From the NCBI GenBank assembly GCA_963743275.1, contig CAVUPB010000002.1:168863-232862 (forward strand): DNA of 64,000 nt, read 5' to 3'. A model generated the notes under the pieces. The model had not been told where the DNA came from. It saw only the letters and a program-made list of their open reading frames with translations, and did no database searches. Numbering within the stretch: the first letter of the stretch is position 1; every line of letters starts with the position of its first letter. Of the stretch, positions 1 through 9,260 are shown one piece after another. This DNA comes from an uncultured Actinomycetes bacterium (GTDB taxonomy: Bacteria; Actinomycetota; Thermoleophilia; Gaiellales; JALYLC01). Position numbers and translations under genes: made by a program.

Positions 1-4
1 GATC

Positions 5-1888
5 ATGAGCCCCGCCAACACCGTCGCGAATACCATGATGGATGTCGCGATCGACGGCAAGCAGCCACCGAAGAGCTGGGGCGAGTTCTACGACCGCATC
101 GCCGACGACTTCAAGCAGAGCGCCGAGATGGGCGGCGTCATGGTGGCGCTCGCGCACGGCGCCCAGGCGACGCACGGGACGACGGCACCCGCGGGCGAGG
201 GTGCGCCACCGCCGAGGAAGGCGCCTCCGGCGCCCGAGCCCGAGTCGGCCCGCACAGGGCCCGAGCCTGCCCCGGGCGCGCTGCCGGAGCCTGTCCCGCC
301 CCGGACGGGCGCGCCGAGGGGGGCCGCCGCGGTCGACGAGATCGTCGGCATCATGCCGTCCGAGACCGTGATGCAGCCCGCCGATCCGCGGGACGTCGCC
401 GGGGCGCAGGTCATGTACGAGAACTCGATCGTCGGCGAGCCCGGCGGTCCGGTGCGCGAGGCCGCCATGTATCGCAACACGGCGACCGGCGAGGTCATCG
501 TGATCCAGGGCGAGATCGACATCGTCCAGGTCGCGCCCGGCGAGGCACCCGCTCCCGGCGGCAAGGCGCAGCGCTGGAAGGAGATCCTCGACGCCCGGCC
601 GGACATCGGCAGCTGGGAGCTCGTCGCGCACTCCCACCCGCCCGTCATCGACCCGATCACGGGCGCGGAGCTGCCCCACACGCGCCTCCCGAGCGGGGCC
701 GCGGGCGACATTGGCACGCTGCTGGCCGAGGCGCAGGCGAGCGGGCAGGCGCGCAGCTCGCGCCTCGACTACCTCACCGAGGGCCGCGTCGAGCACACGA
801 TGTTCGGGGTCGACCCCGCATCGCAGCGACCGATCTGGATCGAGTTCATCGACCCCGTGACCGGGATCCGCCAGCCGCGCACGTTTGCCTCGATCGAGGA
901 GTACCACACGTTTCTGCTCGAGCGCGGGATCGACCCGGGCCCGATCCCGGACGCGGTCGCGACCGCCCTGCCTCCGCGCGCCGCGAAGGCGGGCGTCGCC
1001 CCCGACCTGCTCTCGGGCGAGGGCATCACGCGGCCACCGGACACGCTCGAGGAGCTCGCCCGCTCGAACGACGAGGTCGCGACCGCGCGCGGCACGCTCG
1101 CAGCGGGAACCGCGCGAGCCGAGCTGCTCGACCAGTCGGTCGTGGCGATCGCCGAGCGTGCGGTGGCCGAGTACCGCGCGGTGCGCGTCCAGGAGTGGGC
1201 GAGGCTGACGCACCGGCCCGCGTCGGAGATCCGCCTGACCGGCGAATCGCTCATGGGCACCTGCGGCCAGGGCCGCGATCTCACCGCGGAGGCGATCGCG
1301 TCGCTCACGATCGGGTCGGCCGTGCCCGTCACGATCGATCGCTACCAGGTCAACAACCTCGGCATCGACGAGCTCCACGGCTTCGCGGTGGTACGAGCGG
1401 GGGACGGAACCCCCTACCTCGTCGACGCCACCTACGCCCAGTTCCCGGGCGATCCCCTGACCGGCGAGGCGGCGCGCGCGGAGCAGGCAGCGAGCCCGGG
1501 GCGGGCGCGTGTGAGCAACGAGCTCCTGCGCAGTGGCCTCGTGGCGCTCGACGAGGTCACCGCGCGCAACTACCTGCTCAACGTGGGCGCGACCCCGGAG
1601 GTCGCGTCCGCCATGGCGCGCGAGCTGATGGCGGGAAAGCGGGCCGTCCTGCGCGAGGTCGTCCAGAACGGCAAGATCGAGCGCCGGGTGCCAGGCGAGG
1701 ATGTCCCCGAAGACCTGCGCGAGGCCGACGAGGGCCTGGGCGAGCACGGGCTGATCACGCAAGTCGACGAGATGATCGTGCTCACGCCCGTCGGCACGCC
1801 GGAATACGAGCTGCTGCGCACCCTGCGCGAGCGGCTGGGGAGGATCTCGCTCGTCACCCGCCCGGTCAAGCCGCGCTCGATCCTCTGA
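5..1888 (+). CDS. Large multidomain hypothetical protein, probably 5'-truncated by the window edge. Pro-rich linkers, a JAB/MPN-like module and a C-terminal Cys-His-Asp papain/transglutaminase-like module
   Basis: Long ORF with GC3-rich codons, open to position 2. Motifs read by eye: WELVAHSHPP...LPSGAAGD; LMGTCGQG...ELHGFAVV...YLVDATYAQF. Linkers such as PPPRKAPPAPEPESARTGPEPAP. Confidence 0.7.
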   Translation: MSPANTVANTMMDVAIDGKQPPKSWGEFYDRIADDFKQSAEMGGVMVALAHGAQATHGTTAPAGEGAPPPRKAPPAPEPESARTGPEPAPGALPEPVPPRTGAPRGAAAVDEIVGIMPSETVMQPADPRDVAGAQVMYENSIVGEPGGPVREAAMYRNTATGEVIVIQGEIDIVQVAPGEAPAPGGKAQRWKEILDARPDIGSWELVAHSHPPVIDPITGAELPHTRLPSGAAGDIGTLLAEAQASGQARSSRLDYLTEGRVEHTMFGVDPASQRPIWIEFIDPVTGIRQPRTFASIEEYHTFLLERGIDPGPIPDAVATALPPRAAKAGVAPDLLSGEGITRPPDTLEELARSNDEVATARGTLAAGTARAELLDQSVVAIAERAVAEYRAVRVQEWARLTHRPASEIRLTGESLMGTCGQGRDLTAEAIASLTIGSAVPVTIDRYQVNNLGIDELHGFAVVRAGDGTPYLVDATYAQFPGDPLTGEAARAEQAASPGRARVSNELLRSGLVALDEVTARNYLLNVGATPEVASAMARELMAGKRAVLREVVQNGKIERRVPGEDVPEDLREADEGLGEHGLITQVDEMIVLTPVGTPEYELLRTLRERLGRISLVTRPVKPRSIL

Positions 1889-1981
1889 GCGCTCGACCCA
1901 AGCGGCTCACGCGCCGGACTCGATCGGATCGGTTGTGGTCCGGGAGGTCGCGGCTTCGAAATCCGGAGCCGCCATAACCGG

Positions 1982-3103
1982 TCAAGAGGGTGGTGCGTGT
2001 GGCTGGTTGGTGGCGATCGCGCGTCCGGCTTCCTCGGTGAAGGCGGGGCGCTCGGCGTTGCCGTGCGCGCGGATGTGGTGGTCGTGCAGCAGTTTGTGGT
2101 GGCGGGGGCAGAGCAGGATGAGGTTGTCGAGCTCGGTCCTTCCGCCGTGCTCGACCGGGATGACGTGGTGGGCTTCGAGTTCGCGGGTGGCGGTGCAGCC
2201 GGGGTACTGGCAGTGGGATGAGCGCTTGTGGAGTGCGCGCTGTTGCGCGTAGGAGGCGCAGCGTCCGACGCGTGTGTGCAGGAGGTCGCGGCCGTTTGGC
2301 TTGATCGCGAGACGGCGCGCGTCGCAGGCGAGCCGCTCGGCTGTCTCGGGGCTGAGTGGGCCGGCGCCCTCGAGCAGCGGCGGCCCATCCTCGCTGATGT
2401 GCACGATCAGGGTCGTGGGGCTGCGCTTCACAACGCCGTCGCCGCCGCTCTGGCGGGCGAGTGTGACGAGCGCGTCGGCGGCGGATTGTTGCCAGTCGAG
2501 GATCGTCCCGGCCTGCTTGTCGGCGGCGCGTTGGGTCTTGGCGATGCTCCAGATGGCCTGCTCGAAGGCGGCGCCCTGCTCGAGTGGCAGGCGCCCGTTG
2601 AAGGCGAGCTCGCGCCGCCCACGCGTCCAGGTCATGCTCAGCGCGCGCCGCTCGTAGAGCTCCTGATCGTCGGTCACTGTCGGCGGGGCGAGTGTGCGCG
2701 CGGCGAGCGCGATCTCGCTGGGCGGCTTGCCGACCGCGAGACGCGCCAGCTTGGCGTCGCTGGCCGGGGTTGCGTACTGGGCGGCGGCTGCGACCTGGTC
2801 GAGCGTCAGTGCGCCGGTGGAGAGGGCGTGGTCGAGTGCGGGCAGGCTGCGCAGCGCGCTGCTCGTGCGTGTGATGCGCGCGGCGCTGCGGTAGTCGCTG
2901 CTTGCGATCTGCGCGAGCCACTGCGCGCTCGAGCAGCAGCCTGCGGCCTGCCAGTCGCCGTCGTCGTCGGCCTCGCGCACGATCTCCGTGACGCGCTGCT
3001 TGATCCGCGCTTCCTGCGCGCAGAGCGAGCGCAGCTCGCGCCGGCGCGCCTCGCGGCGCCGCTCCCGCACCTGGTCGACCGTCCCATCCAGCGTGGCGAA
3101 CAT
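1982..3103 (-). CDS. DUF222 (13E12-repeat type) HNH endonuclease family protein
   Basis: C-terminal HNH signature CQYPGCT...LEAHHVIPVEHGG.T.LDNLILLCPRHHKLLH, with N-terminal DUF222-like helical region. Start set at the internal ATG (MFATLDG) rather than the ORF-track start. Confidence 0.88.
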   Translation of the reverse strand: MFATLDGTVDQVRERRREARRRELRSLCAQEARIKQRVTEIVREADDDGDWQAAGCCSSAQWLAQIASSDYRSAARITRTSSALRSLPALDHALSTGALTLDQVAAAAQYATPASDAKLARLAVGKPPSEIALAARTLAPPTVTDDQELYERRALSMTWTRGRRELAFNGRLPLEQGAAFEQAIWSIAKTQRAADKQAGTILDWQQSAADALVTLARQSGGDGVVKRSPTTLIVHISEDGPPLLEGAGPLSPETAERLACDARRLAIKPNGRDLLHTRVGRCASYAQQRALHKRSSHCQYPGCTATRELEAHHVIPVEHGGRTELDNLILLCPRHHKLLHDHHIRAHGNAERPAFTEEAGRAIATNQPHAPPS

Positions 3104-3270
3104 ACGTTCGTATCGTACCAGCCGGCCAGCCGCCAAAGTGTGCCGACTTTGTGCCGAAATGCAGCGACTTCTAAGCGACAACAACTCCGCGATCTACGGG
3201 CCGGCAGGCACGCTATGTCCCGCGCGCCGCCATTTGCCCGACGCGCGGGATGGCCGCGGCTCGAGTCCGT

Positions 3271-3576
3271 TCAAGCCTGAGTCAGGCAGGTCGCCTCGGC
3301 CTCGCGTTCGCCGGCGGTGCTCTTCGCCGCGTCGGTCATGTACTCCACGAATGTGAGGCCGGCCGCAACGCGACGGGCGATACAGGGAATCTTGGCCGGG
3401 AATTCGTACGTTCTGTAGACGTAGCGGTACATCGCCTGCTCGGACTTCGGGCCGACACATCTGTCGTAGACGGTGCCGACCGTCGTCAGGCGCGCGTTTC
3501 TCGGCACCGGCGACTTGTACATCAGGATCTCGGCATTGCCGATGCGATTTGCGCAACTGCGCTCGGCGGCTGTCAT
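3271..3576 (-). CDS. Small Cys-containing hypothetical protein in a locally lower-GC patch (uncertain gene)
   Basis: 101-codon ORF from an internal ATG (MTAAERSCANRIG...), with moderately GC3-biased codons but three AGA Arg codons. No recognisable domain, signal peptide or clear RBS. Confidence 0.3.
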   Translation of the reverse strand: MTAAERSCANRIGNAEILMYKSPVPRNARLTTVGTVYDRCVGPKSEQAMYRYVYRTYEFPAKIPCIARRVAAGLTFVEYMTDAAKSTAGEREAEATCLTQA

Positions 3577-3707
3577 CGGCAGGTGCAACCTGGCGGCTGC
3601 GACCTCGCGGTACACGGCCCCTGTCAGCCGGCAGGCGCGGAAGATGCCCTCGCAGGCTCGATGCCACGTCGCGCGACTGCTACGACCGGCACGTGCCGTG
3701 TTCGTCC

Positions 3708-4646
3708 ATGCGCTCACCAAGTGCGTGCGTGACGGTGCGCTCGGATAGGCTCGCCCGACCCGACCGCCGGCGACGACGAATTGACCGCCTCGCCCATGCC
3801 CAGCGCTACTTCGACGGGTGGAACGCCCACGACGCCGAGGCGATCGCGGCGACCTTCGCGCCGGGAGGCACGTACACGGACCCGCTCGTCCAGGGTCTCG
3901 ACCCCGGCGCCACGGGCGCGTACGCGGTGGGCCTCGCCGCCGCCTTCCCCGATCTCCGCTTCGAGATCGTCACTGCAGCGCTGACGGACGACGAAGCCGT
4001 CGCCGCGCAGTGGGTCATGCGAGGCACCAACAGCGGGTCGTTCAACGGCCTGCCGCCCACCGGCCGCGAGATCGCGCTCCCCGGCGCCGACTTCATCACG
4101 TTCGCCGACGACGGTACCGGCATCGCCACGGTCACGGGCTATTTCGACGGAGGTCGCGTCCCGCGCGACCTCGGCCTCGACGTCATCGTCCAGCCGTCCA
4201 CGATCGGGCCGTGGACGTTCGGCGTCTCGTCCCGCGCGACGGCTGGTCGCGATGCCCCCGCGGGTGCGCTCAGCGTGACCTTCCTCGAGGCGCGCAGCGA
4301 CGAGGAGGTCGAGGAGGTGCGCAGGCGCTCGCGCGACATCGTGCACGAGCTGCTGGGGGCGCCCGGATTCCTCTCGTTCGTCGGCGTGACCGTCGGGCGG
4401 CGGATGTACACCATGAGCGCCTGGGAGACCCCCGAGGCAGCGCGCGGCATCCGCATGAACCCGGCCCATCGCGAGGCCGTCGCTCAGATGTTCGGGCCGC
4501 GGCTCGCCTCCGGCGGGCAGACCGGGATCTGGGCGCCGTGGCATCTCAACGAGCCCATGGTGCGGTGCACGGCGTGCGAGAAGACGGTTCATGCCGCCGA
4601 CGTCTGCGCGTGCGGCGCGGCGCTGCCCGCCCCGCCGGCCTTCTGA
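3708..4646 (+). CDS. SnoaL-like (NTF2 fold) domain fused to an ABM/Dabb-like domain, with a C-terminal Cys cluster
   Basis: AQRYFDGWNAHDAEAIAATFAPGGTYTDP and NGLPPTGREI..PGADFITF are typical of SnoaL ester cyclases. The second half (MYTMSAWETPEAA..HREAV) is ABM-like. The tail reads CTACEKTVHAADVCACG. The start is uncertain; a GTG downstream is possible. Confidence 0.7.
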   Translation: MRSPSACVTVRSDRLARPDRRRRRIDRLAHAQRYFDGWNAHDAEAIAATFAPGGTYTDPLVQGLDPGATGAYAVGLAAAFPDLRFEIVTAALTDDEAVAAQWVMRGTNSGSFNGLPPTGREIALPGADFITFADDGTGIATVTGYFDGGRVPRDLGLDVIVQPSTIGPWTFGVSSRATAGRDAPAGALSVTFLEARSDEEVEEVRRRSRDIVHELLGAPGFLSFVGVTVGRRMYTMSAWETPEAARGIRMNPAHREAVAQMFGPRLASGGQTGIWAPWHLNEPMVRCTACEKTVHAADVCACGAALPAPPAF

Positions 4647-4803
4647 GCGGCGGCGGGAACGGGCGGCGCGCCGCCGGCTCGTCAGGGGTCATGCCCGACG
4701 GCGCCGCGCGCGGAGTGGTCGGGAAACCCGTGGCCGGCGTCCGTGGCGGCACCGATGTGCCGGCGATGCGGCGGGTGCGATGCTCCGTCATCGGGAGGTG
4801 CGC

Positions 4804-6664
4804 GATGCGCGACGAGGTCACGTTCGAAACCCGCGGGGCTCATGCCTTGCCGGCAGGGGGGCCGCTGCTCGTAGCCATCGTCGGCATCGACGGCTGCGGC
4901 AAGAGCGCCACGTTCCACAGGGCGCTCGAGTTGCTCGCACCGCAGCTCCCGGTCGCGGGGGTCGGCGACGAAGTCTGGAGTGGCGATCCCACGGTGCCTC
5001 TGCACGTACGCAACGACGTCCCGCACGCACGCATTGCCCGATTCGTCGGTGCGCGCGCGAAGGGGACATGGCGGGCCGGGATGTATCGCCGGCTCAAGCT
5101 GGTGGAGCTCGCCGAGCGAGCACGCACCTGCGAGCACCTGGCGCGTGCGGAGCGCCCATCGGTACTGCTGACCGACGGCAGCCCGCTCGTCAACACGGCT
5201 GCGTGGTCCGCGGCCCGCTACTACCGCGACGAGCTTGCGGGGGACTCGTCGGCCCTTCGCGACGTCATCGACTACCTCGGCCGGGCGAAGCCGATCCCCG
5301 CGCGCGAGATCCCTTCGTACCTGCGCCGCGCCTGGCCGCTCGTCGTCCTCAACCGGCTCAGCGGTGTCCGCTTCGCGCCTCCGGACCTCGTCGTGCTGCT
5401 CGAGATCGACCCGGCGGCGGCCCTGGCGCGGATCCGCGCCCGCGGGCGCCCCCTGCAGGCGCATGAGACGGAGCCGTTCCTGGCCGAGCTCGCACGCGCC
5501 TACGACCGCGTCTGTCGGCTGCTGCGAGACGAACGCGGGGTCGAGGTGTTGCGGATCCCGGTCGGCGAGGTCGCGCTCGAGGAGGTGGCCGCGCGGGTGG
5601 ACGCCGCCTGCCGGGAAGCCATCGAGGCGCGGCGCGCGGCGGCACCGTCTGATCGCATCCCGCCGACCTCCATCGAGGTCGTGGCCACGACGATCTCCGG
5701 CTCGCTGGCCGACCAGCGCAAGCTGCCGCGCATCGCGCCCGCGTTCGCCGCGCAAAGCACGCGCGACGTGCACGTCTACCCCGTCGGTAGCCACGCCGAA
5801 GCGCGGGACGTCGCACACCGCATCGTCGCCGCAGGTGGCCGCATACTCGTCTCGGCCGGGGGCGCCGGGACCTGCAACGCCGTGATCGAGGGCACCCACG
5901 TCGCGGGATCGGTACCCGCCGACGTGCGGCTGGGATTCTTGCGCAAGGGCTCCGCGGATCTGATCGGCAAGGCGCTCGGCGTCCCGGACGACCTCGACGG
6001 GGCCGTGTCCGCGATCGTCGACGGCATCGAGCATGGACGCTGCGTCGAGGCGAGCGTGCTCGCCTGCGAAGCGGACGACGTGCAGGGGCAGTCGCAGCTT
6101 CGCCATCTCGTCGGCTTCGGCGGCGTCGGCGTGTTCGGCGATGTGCCGCGCTTCACCGAGACGCGCGTCGTGAAGTACTACAAGGGTGTCCTCGGGCAGC
6201 TGTTCGGCGATCTCGGGCCGTTCTACACCGGGCTCACGCTCGCCACGCTGCGATGGATCTGGCGAGATGCGCTTGGCCGCGTGCCCGACGTCGAGATCGT
6301 GCTCGACGGCGAGCCGCTGCCGGGTCGGCGCTGGGCGACGATCGTCTGGGTGAACGGCGACCTCGGTCGCGACTTCCAGCTCGGCCGCGGGCTGCCTCTG
6401 GGCGCCGACGGCTTCCGGGTGATCGCGTTCCAGGACCGCGGCGTACGCGAAGGCGTGCGGCAGATCCTGGCCTGCCGCGACGCCTCGGTGCTCGACGATC
6501 CTGAGCGGTTCGCCGCGACCGTCCGCACCGTGCGCTCGCTCGAGGTCAGGCCCGCCGGCGATGCGGTGATGATGGTGAACCTCGACGGCCTTCGGATGCC
6601 GTCGCGAGGCACGATCCGCGTCTACGTGTCTGGGCGTATCCGCCTGATCGGCAGCGCGATGTGA
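4804..6664 (+). CDS. Fusion protein: thymidylate-kinase-like P-loop kinase domain plus diacylglycerol-kinase-type (DAGK_cat/LCB5-like) domain
   Basis: P-loop VAIVGIDGCGKS and lid-like LARIRARGRP. The C-terminal half has LVSAGGAGTCNAVIEG (a GGDGT variant) and GFLRKGSADLIGKALGVP. GGGAGG RBS sits before the ATG at 4804. The stop overlaps the next start (GTGA). Confidence 0.75.
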
Positions 6665-9234
6665 CCGTGCCGGTGGGGCGGGAAGGGGCGACGCTCGTCG
6701 ACCTCGTCGAGCAGTCGGCGGGCGTGCATGCCGACCGCGCAGCGCTCGTGACGCGAGTCGGCCTGCGCGACGATGTCTGGACCTACGCGCGGCTGTGGCG
6801 CGCGGTGATGGCGATCGCGGAGTGGCTCGTGGACGACGCGGCGGTGCGGCCGGGCGAGCGGGTCGCTCTGATCGGCCCGAACGAGCCGCGGTTGGTCGCG
6901 GCATCGGTGGGCGTCATGCTGGCGGGCGGGATCGTGGTCCCGGTCGAGCAGCACGCCACGCCGGCTTTCGTCGAGCGTGTGCTCACCCACACCCAGGCCG
7001 TGCTGCTGCTCGCCGGCGGCGACCCACCGAAGACCGGCTGCTGCCCTGTCCGTCCCCTCGCCTCGCTGCCGATCGAGCCGACCCGCCCCATCGTGCGGCG
7101 TCCCGTCGCGGCCGACGTCGCCGAAATCGTCTCGACCTCGGGGACGACGGGACATCCCAAGGCGGTCGTGCTGACGCACGCCAACGTGATGGCGAACGTA
7201 CGCTCCGTTCGCGGCATCCTGCCCCAGCGCGAGGACTATCGCCTGCTCTCGGTGCTACCGCTCTCGCACATGCTCGAGCAGACGGCCGGGCTCTTCGTGC
7301 CGCTGCTCTACGGAGCTTCGATCACCTACCCGTCGAGCCGGCAGCCGGCCGTGGTGCTCGACACGCTGCGGCGCGGGCGGGCGACGACGATGGTGGTCGT
7401 CCCGCAGGTGATGCAACTGCTTCTGGACGGCATCGAGCGGTCCGTCGAGCACGCAGGCGCGGGTCGGCGATGGCGTCGTTCGCAACGTCTCGCCGAGCGC
7501 CTTCCCTTCCGTGCCCGGCGCGTTGTCTTCCGCCCGGTGCTCGGCCGTCTCGGCGGTGCGCTCGACCTCCTGATCTCCGGTGGGGCCAGCTTGCCGGAGC
7601 CGCTCGCCGCCGCCTGGGAGCGCATGGGCGTCGCCGTGCTGAACGGGTACGGCACGACCGAGTGCTCACCGATCATCTCGACCACGAGTCTCGATGATCG
7701 CCCGCTGGGATCGGACGGGCCGCCCGTGCCGGGCGTCGAGGTCCGGATCGACTCGGAGGGCGAGATCCAGGTGCGCGGAGCAAGCGTGACCGCCGGCTAC
7801 TGGCACGACGACGAGGCGACCGCGGCGGCCTTCACTCCGGACGGCTGGTACCGAACCGGTGACACGGGCGCGCTCGACGCGCGAGGACACCTGCACGTCC
7901 GCGGGCGCCTGCGCGACCTGATCGTGTTGGCAAGCGGGCTCAAGGTGCAGCCGGAGGATGTGGAACAGGCGTTGCTCGCCGAACCGCAGATCGCCGACTG
8001 CGTCGTGCTCACCCGGCCCGACGAGCGCGGGACGCCGCACATCCACGCGGCGGTCAGGTGCGACCCCGCCATTCCGGCGGCAGAGCGCCGGCCCCGGGTG
8101 GCCGAGGCCGTGCGGCGTGCCAACGCCGTGCTCGCCGCGCACCAGCGCATCAGCGGGTTCACGCTCTGGGAAGAGGACGACTTTCCGCGCACCGCCGCGC
8201 GCAAGGTACGCCGCGGCGAGGTCGCCGCTCGCCTCGCCGGCGAGCCCGCACACGACCTCGCGCCGTCGTCGCCGCCGGCCCTGGGCGACGAGCGGCTCGC
8301 CCGAGCGCGCGAGCTGCTGGCGAGCGTGTGCGACGTCCCCGAGGAGTCCCTTGCACCCGAGGCGGACCTGGCGCTCGACCTCGGACTCGACTCGGTCGGC
8401 CAACTCGAGCTCGCGGTCGCGCTCGAGGGCGCGCTGGGCATCCGGTTCGAGGACAGCGATCTCGCACGCATCAGGACCGTCGGCGACCTGCTCGGCATGC
8501 TCGACGAGCACGAGCGAGTCGCGGTCGAGGCGGTCACGGAGCCGGCGGCCTGGGCGCGGGCGGCACCGGCGCGGGCCGCGCGCGAGGCGCTCCAGCGGGG
8601 TGTCCTCTTCCCCGCGAGCAGGCTGGCGTGCCGGCCGTTCGTCGTGGACGGGACGCAGCATCTGAGTGGCTTGTCGCCACCGCTCCTGCTCGTCGCCAAC
8701 CACGCGAGCCACCTCGACGCGGTGTCGATCCTGCGGGCGCTTCCGGCGCACCTGCGCCGCCGTACGGCTGTCGCCGCCGCGGCGGACACGTTCTTCACGT
8801 CGCGCCTGCTCGGCGGCGTCGTGTCGCTCGTGCTCTGCGCGTTCCCGTTCTCGCGCACGGGGCGGACGCGCGAGAGCCTCGAAAGCTGCGGCATGCTCGC
8901 CGACGATGGGTGGTCGGTGCTCGTCTTCCCCGAGGGCACGCGCTCGCTGACCGGGGGCATGGGGCCATTCCGCGGCGGCATCGGTGTCCTCGCGTTGGGG
9001 TTGCGGGCGCCCGTCGTCCCGATCTCGGTCACAGGCACGTTCGAGCTCCTGCCGAAGGGTGCGCGGCGCCCCGGCCGCGGGCCGGTGTCGGTGTGGTTCG
9101 GGCCGCCGGTCGAGCTCCCCGCGGGCGTCGAGCACGAGCAGGCGACGGCGCTGATCGAAGACGCGGTGCGCGGTCTCGTGGAGAGAGCCGCGCGCGGGCG
9201 TCGTTCCCGTACCGAACACGCAAGGCACCAGTGA
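6661..9234 (+). CDS. Tri-domain protein: fatty acyl-AMP/ACP ligase, acyl carrier domain and PlsC-type lysophospholipid acyltransferase
   Basis: Adenylation cores TSGTTGHPKAV, NGYGTTE, YRTGDTG and PRTAARKVRR. Carrier motif LDLGLDSVGQLE. Acyltransferase motifs VANHASHLD (HX4D) and VFPEGTRS. Confidence 0.9.
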   Translation: MTVPVGREGATLVDLVEQSAGVHADRAALVTRVGLRDDVWTYARLWRAVMAIAEWLVDDAAVRPGERVALIGPNEPRLVAASVGVMLAGGIVVPVEQHATPAFVERVLTHTQAVLLLAGGDPPKTGCCPVRPLASLPIEPTRPIVRRPVAADVAEIVSTSGTTGHPKAVVLTHANVMANVRSVRGILPQREDYRLLSVLPLSHMLEQTAGLFVPLLYGASITYPSSRQPAVVLDTLRRGRATTMVVVPQVMQLLLDGIERSVEHAGAGRRWRRSQRLAERLPFRARRVVFRPVLGRLGGALDLLISGGASLPEPLAAAWERMGVAVLNGYGTTECSPIISTTSLDDRPLGSDGPPVPGVEVRIDSEGEIQVRGASVTAGYWHDDEATAAAFTPDGWYRTGDTGALDARGHLHVRGRLRDLIVLASGLKVQPEDVEQALLAEPQIADCVVLTRPDERGTPHIHAAVRCDPAIPAAERRPRVAEAVRRANAVLAAHQRISGFTLWEEDDFPRTAARKVRRGEVAARLAGEPAHDLAPSSPPALGDERLARARELLASVCDVPEESLAPEADLALDLGLDSVGQLELAVALEGALGIRFEDSDLARIRTVGDLLGMLDEHERVAVEAVTEPAAWARAAPARAAREALQRGVLFPASRLACRPFVVDGTQHLSGLSPPLLLVANHASHLDAVSILRALPAHLRRRTAVAAAADTFFTSRLLGGVVSLVLCAFPFSRTGRTRESLESCGMLADDGWSVLVFPEGTRSLTGGMGPFRGGIGVLALGLRAPVVPISVTGTFELLPKGARRPGRGPVSVWFGPPVELPAGVEHEQATALIEDAVRGLVERAARGRRSRTEHARHQ

Positions 9235-9260
9235 GCAGGGGCAGCGTCGCGCCCCATACG

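Noticed and set aside
1945-1975. tRNA-like string ggcttcgaaatccggagccgcca between the first ORF and the HNH gene; possible tRNA 3' fragment or att site
   Set aside because: I could not build a complementary T-stem or acceptor stem around the TTCGAAA loop on either strand, and there is no full tRNA nearby. The resemblance is probably coincidental.
1982-3103. DUF222-HNH gene as an active mobile element
   Set aside because: I saw no terminal inverted or direct repeats, no integrase or transposase, and no target duplication in the flanks. It is called as a CDS only.
3818-4803. N-terminal 330-aa extension of the kinase/DAGK-like ORF (track ORF 3818-6664)
   Set aside because: The extension is Arg-rich nonsense overlapping the SnoaL/ABM gene in another frame. 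A good RBS and ATG at 4804 precede the P-loop.
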